NCBI GenBank assembly: GCA_963776275.1
Contig: CAVZMI010000002.1
Span: forward strand, 1-41,969
Direction: 5' to 3'
Source of the DNA: Ignavibacteriota bacterium
Lineage (GTDB): Bacteria; Bacteroidota; Ignavibacteria; UBA10030; CAVZMI01
DNA length: 41,969 nt
Below, piece by piece: positions 37,689 through 41,969 of the stretch. A program made the translations under genes and the position numbers. Below the pieces are notes generated by a model that ran no database searches, was not told the DNA's origin, and saw only the letters and a program-made list of their open reading frames with translations. Numbering within the stretch: position 1 is the first letter of the stretch; each line of letters starts with the position of its first letter.

Positions 37689-39590
37689 TTACTTTCTCCT
37701 TTCTCCTTTTTCCTTCTCGTCCTGTACTAAAGTACTGCTTCGCTGAGCGAGTATTCCCGCAGGTAGTCGGTGTCGAAGGATTTCCTTGATTCTTTTATAT
37801 CGATTATACCATCCCGATATTTTTTTCCAGTATGAAAAGAGACTGGTACCCGGGAATATTTGGATACGCCGGATCTGATAAAGATCGCTCCAGAAATTCC
37901 AGGGGCCGGATTCCGTAGCAACGCCAAATTCATAACCGGCACGGAAGATGCATTCTTTCACCTGTTCGTTAATCGCACCGTATGGATAGGCAAAGGAAAT
38001 GATTTCTTTTCCCAACCGTTGTTCGAGCAATAACTTCGATGCTGTAACGTCGTTCTGTGCCTCCTCGACCGAAAGCTCCGTGAGCTTTCTATGATCCATC
38101 GAATGTGATCCGAACTCAATACCATATTCCGCCATCAACCGGATCTGTTCATCATTCAAGAGGTTCGCTTCCGGTTCGCCGTTCTGCGTGTCCCATACGT
38201 TGCTTGTAATCGCTCTGTTGCCGAGGAGGAAAATGACCGCCTTCATCGAGTGTCTCTGCAGAATCGGAAATGCATTTAAAAAATTATCCTCATACCCATC
38301 ATCGAATGTCAGGATAACCGGATTACGCGGGAGCGGCTTTCGCAAGGCGAAAATTTTCGAGAGATCATAATATGCGAGTGTCGTAAATCCTTTTCGCTGT
38401 AGGAATGATAGCTGTCGTTCAAATTCATCTGTCGTCACATAGATAGCGTATTTCGTCCGCGGTGGAACTCCTTCGGTGACTCGATGATACATAAGCACAG
38501 GAATTTCGTGCTTTCTTGTCTTATCTATCATGGCTTCAAAGTAAATACTGGAAATACGCGGGGTCACCGCCTCAAGCGCAAATTCCCTCTCGATGAATGT
38601 CCGTCCCCACTCCGCCGTATTCCGATTATTTTCGGTCAGTACGGAGAGTATATCATGTTCGATAATAGAATAGTTGATCGGTTCGGGCCTACCGGCATCG
38701 CCAAAATTTGTTTTCAGAGCCTGCTGTTCCGTCTCAGCGCAAACCAATCCGATATAGGACGATTCACCGATCGCGATCACCTGATTCCCGCATGCAAGGG
38801 CTTCGATAGCTACTCTGCCGGAACCGATGACAATAGAAGCCTGATGATACACTTCAACAATATTTTTTAAAAATCCACGGAATATGATTTTCTCCGATCC
38901 GATCGCCGCATTGGCATCCAGAATCAGCCGATGGATTTCTTCCGTCTCCTTCATCCCTCCCACTACCCACAATTCTATGTTCGGAATCTTTTGAACAATC
39001 CGTGGAAACACTTCGGCAATGATATGGCGTGCCACTTCTCCCTTGGGACCCGAGAGTCTCCCGACAAGCGCAATTGCCGTTTTTTCCCGCCGGATATCCG
39101 GCTTGAACGGCCATTGGAGTACATCGATCCCGTTTCTAACGACAGCAATCGATTCCGGGGAGAAATGGAGATCAGAAATCAGATGCTCGCGGATTTCCTC
39201 ACACACTGCTATTATTTTTTCACCGTAGATATGAAATGTCTTCGAGGAAAAATGAACGTGCTGGCGGCCGTGTATCGTCGATACAAGAGGAACGTCTCTA
39301 CCTCGTGCTGCCCTATGGCTTACCCAGCTTGCTGCACGCGAATGTGCATGAATGACATCGATCTTTTTTATGCGTAGAAGCTCCCGTATTGCAGAAATAT
39401 TTCTCAACTTTTGTGAATATGTACGAATACCGATGGGGAGAGTATAGATTTCGGCTTCAGTCGCCGTATGAAATGTATCGGAAACGATCGTGACGGAATG
39501 CCCGGTGCGTACTTGAAAATCCGCCAGAACGGCCGCATAGGTTTCGGCGCCCGTGACTTCAAACTGCGAAAGGACATGGAGTATATTCAT
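37689..39590 (-). CDS. Fusion of GT4-like glycosyltransferase and NodB-type polysaccharide deacetylase
   Basis: MNILHVLS...TGAE, IHAHSR, NGID, VGRL, EALACG. Then IPVLMYHRV, ILTFDDGY, FGSHSMDH, FAYPYG, IRRI. Confidence 0.88.
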   Translation of the reverse strand: MNILHVLSQFEVTGAETYAAVLADFQVRTGHSVTIVSDTFHTATEAEIYTLPIGIRTYSQKLRNISAIRELLRIKKIDVIHAHSRAASWVSHRAARGRDVPLVSTIHGRQHVHFSSKTFHIYGEKIIAVCEEIREHLISDLHFSPESIAVVRNGIDVLQWPFKPDIRREKTAIALVGRLSGPKGEVARHIIAEVFPRIVQKIPNIELWVVGGMKETEEIHRLILDANAAIGSEKIIFRGFLKNIVEVYHQASIVIGSGRVAIEALACGNQVIAIGESSYIGLVCAETEQQALKTNFGDAGRPEPINYSIIEHDILSVLTENNRNTAEWGRTFIEREFALEAVTPRISSIYFEAMIDKTRKHEIPVLMYHRVTEGVPPRTKYAIYVTTDEFERQLSFLQRKGFTTLAYYDLSKIFALRKPLPRNPVILTFDDGYEDNFLNAFPILQRHSMKAVIFLLGNRAITSNVWDTQNGEPEANLLNDEQIRLMAEYGIEFGSHSMDHRKLTELSVEEAQNDVTASKLLLEQRLGKEIISFAYPYGAINEQVKECIFRAGYEFGVATESGPWNFWSDLYQIRRIQIFPGTSLFSYWKKISGWYNRYKRIKEILRHRLPAGILAQRSSTLVQDEKEKGERRK

Positions 39591-39675
39591 GGGATGGCTA
39601 TTCTCAAAAGAAATCCGGAATCCGGCGGGGATTAATTGCTACGATCAATTCTACATTCATGCGCAAAAAGATATA

Positions 39676-39828
39676 TTACATCAATCGAAAATAGACAATA
39701 GCCCCGATGATAAGCAAAACGAAAATAATAAGAATTATTTTTACCAGCTTCTTGATGACCTTAAAGCCGAACAAAAAAACCAGACATCCTACTATGACAA
39801 TCGCTATGACAAGTAATTTATTATCCAT
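39676..39828 (-). CDS. 50-aa two-helix membrane protein (below the ORF-track cutoff)
   Basis: MDNKLLVIAIVIVGCLVFLFGFKVIKKLVKIILIIFVLLIIGAIVYFRLM*. Starts 8 bp after the FN3 lipoprotein stop on the same strand. Confidence 0.65.
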   Translation of the reverse strand: MDNKLLVIAIVIVGCLVFLFGFKVIKKLVKIILIIFVLLIIGAIVYFRLM

Positions 39829-39836
39829 AATAGTCA

Positions 39837-40676
39837 CTATTGTGTTCGTTTCGCATAGGGAAGATTCGCTGTCGATTGATAGGAAATATCAAGATTGACG
39901 AACACTTTCGTACCAAATGCGGGCGGTATATTTTTTACATACAGCCGGGCGTAATGACCATCCTGCGTCTTACAAAAGTAGATAACTTGAGGTTGCAGTG
40001 ATACAACAGAATCAATAAATGTACTGACCGATGGAAACGATGTCATGGGCAGAGGTACGTCAGATGCCTGTATTTGCGTCGTTGAGAACAATGTACGTCT
40101 CCAGCCTGTACCCTTGTCACTGGTACTTCTTAATGTTAAATCGCTCTCAAGATATAGGTCGCCGGAGGCTTGCGCTCTGGGATCATCAAGATTGATTACC
40201 GACGGACCGGTGGGGGTGTGTGTTGCATCGTATATTTCCAGGACGTTCTGGTTTGGCAATGTTGTAACTCCATAATTCATTGCCGGTGCCCAACGGATGC
40301 TCGTATAGGGTCGCACGGCAAAGTCCTGCGGAATTGTATAGAGAGTAAAAAGGTATTCGACACCCTGCGTCAGCCCTGTGACACGATAGCTGGATGTCCC
40401 ACGGAGGAGATCTACACTATCAGGTTTGACAAGACTACTGTCCGCACTATTCGCATATGTCCAGAATAACTGATATTTCTGAAACAACGAGATCGAATCA
40501 TTCGGCGACGGCACCCATGTTAACAATACCGAGGTCGAATCGAACGATGCAGCTTTTAATGCCGTCACCGGATAGAGCATATCTTGCGATCCGGCCAGAT
40601 CTTCTTCAAATGTACAACCTGAAAGGAAAATGAAAATAACGCAACAGACAGTACAGAAATATTGTGATAACTTCAC
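39837..40676 (-). CDS. Lipoprotein with fibronectin type III-like domain
   Basis: AAGGAG RBS, lipobox LSGC. PVTALKA...SVLLTW...Y.L.W...SYRVTGLTQGVEYLFTL. C-terminal FCKTQDGHYARL. Confidence 0.75.
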   Translation of the reverse strand: MKLSQYFCTVCCVIFIFLSGCTFEEDLAGSQDMLYPVTALKAASFDSTSVLLTWVPSPNDSISLFQKYQLFWTYANSADSSLVKPDSVDLLRGTSSYRVTGLTQGVEYLFTLYTIPQDFAVRPYTSIRWAPAMNYGVTTLPNQNVLEIYDATHTPTGPSVINLDDPRAQASGDLYLESDLTLRSTSDKGTGWRRTLFSTTQIQASDVPLPMTSFPSVSTFIDSVVSLQPQVIYFCKTQDGHYARLYVKNIPPAFGTKVFVNLDISYQSTANLPYAKRTQ

Positions 40677-40697
40677 GGAAGACTCCTTATTGGAAAA

Positions 40698-41969
40698 TTA
40701 CTTTGCTAATTTGTCACGCAGATATTGCAGAAGCTGCGTGTTTGCGACTCGATCCTGTTTCATCGAATCGCGCTCACGGACTGTGACTGTTTGATCCTCC
40801 AGCGTCTGCGAATCGATGGTGATACAGAACGGTGTTCCCGCTTCATCCTGCCGGCGGTAGCGGCGGCCGACGGCACCGCTCTCATCATAGAACACGCGGA
40901 GATGTTTCCGAAGATCCTGCTCGATCGAGCGGGCGAGCTCCGGCATACCGTCTCTGTTCACGAGCGGGAAAATGGCGGCTTTCGTTGGTGCAAGCCTCGG
41001 ATCGAACCGCAAGAGAGTCCGTTGCTCATCTTTTACCATCTCCTCATCGTAGGCATTCACCAGGAACGCCATGAACGAACGGCTTGCACCGGCAGATGTC
41101 TCAATAATAAATGGAGTGTACTTTTCTTTTTTCTCATCATCATAATACTGCATATTCTTACCCGAAAACTGCTGATGGCGCGATAGGTCGTAATCCGTAC
41201 GGTTATGTATTCCTTCGATCTCTCCCCATCCAAACGGGAACAGGTACTCGATATCATAGGCATCTTTTGCGTAGTGCGCAAGCTTACCGGGTTCGTGCCG
41301 ATTAAATTGGAGCCGCTCTTTCTTCATCCCTAATTCGATAAACCATTTTAGACGTTCTTCTTTCCAATAGGCAAACCATTTTTCGTCTGTGCCGGGTCGG
41401 ACAAAGAATTGCATTTCCATTTGTTCAAATTCTCGCGTCCGGAAAAGAAAATTCTTCGTATTGATTTCATTCCGGAATGCTTTCCCGATCTGCGCTATCC
41501 CGAATGGTACTTTCTGCCGGGATGACGATTGAACATTGAGAAAATTTACATAAATCCCCTGTGCAGTCTCCGGACGCAGATATACGACAGCGCTGTCATC
41601 TTCAACCGGCCTACAAATGTCTTGAACATCAGGTTGAACTGCCGGGCTTCTGTAAATTTTCCCTCCGCGGCACATTTCGATGCCTTGCGGCCTTTGTATG
41701 CAGGGTTTCCACACATATTCTCGTCAATCTGGTCGGCACGGAAACGGGCTTTGCACTCTTTGCAATCGACCATCGGATCGGTGAAGTTCTCAACATGGCC
41801 GGATGCTTCCCATACGCGCGGGTGCATTAAGATCGCTGCATCAATTCCCTCAATATCCTCGCGGAATGTCATCGCCTGCCACCATTGTTCTTTGACGTTT
41901 TTCAGCAGCTCGACTCCCAGAGGGCCGTAATCCCAGCAGCCGTTCAAACCTCCATAGATTTCGCTTGAC
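40698..41969 (-). CDS. glyQS: Glycine--tRNA ligase, alpha2 type, 5' truncated, frameshift near 41607 (probably a sequence error)
   Basis: [36 protein letters not shown], then [54 protein letters not shown]. Adding one C at ggc-cg-gtt restores VGPVED. Confidence 0.95.

Noticed and set aside
41546-41714. Two-subunit or pseudogenised glycyl-tRNA ligase
   Set aside because: Both parts belong to one alpha2-type GlyRS and a single C restores the frame.

Overview
Chromosomal window of an FCB-group bacterium, most likely Ignavibacteriota-like (inferred from the T9SS C-terminal sorting domain, alpha2-type GlyRS, short IspG and E. coli-like TTGACA-17-TAnnnT promoters). The housekeeping backbone is yceI-like/pirin/Nudix, gap-pgk, rhomboid-ispG, comF-like, uvrB, tRNA-Ala(GGC), a 5'-nucleotidase, a leuS-GT2-msbA-like-waaL-like-DUF1844-nadK-thioredoxin operon and glyQS. 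Accessory DNA interrupts it in several places: (i) a decayed RAYT (Y1 HUH) transposase that carries its own composite REP inside the reading frame and is bracketed by a 48-bp direct repeat; (ii) an AT-rich Gabija-type gajA-gajB cassette between intact uvrB and a diverged, orphaned 136-bp copy of the uvrB 5' end that still has a promoter; (iii) a tRNA-Ala 3'-end remnant broken by nested palindromes; (iv) a three-gene secreted module made of an Ig-rich protein ending in a MepA/LAS-like peptidoglycan peptidase domain, a protein with seven 74-aa repeats, and a small stand-alone T9SS-CTD protein; (v) a tyrosine recombinase homolog lacking three catalytic residues that heads the leuS operon; (vi) several nested REP families, one inserted in-frame in the MsbA-like ATPase. 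Single-base frameshifts in pgk, glyQS and three other genes point to indel errors in the assembly. All family calls come from motifs read by eye, with no database search.
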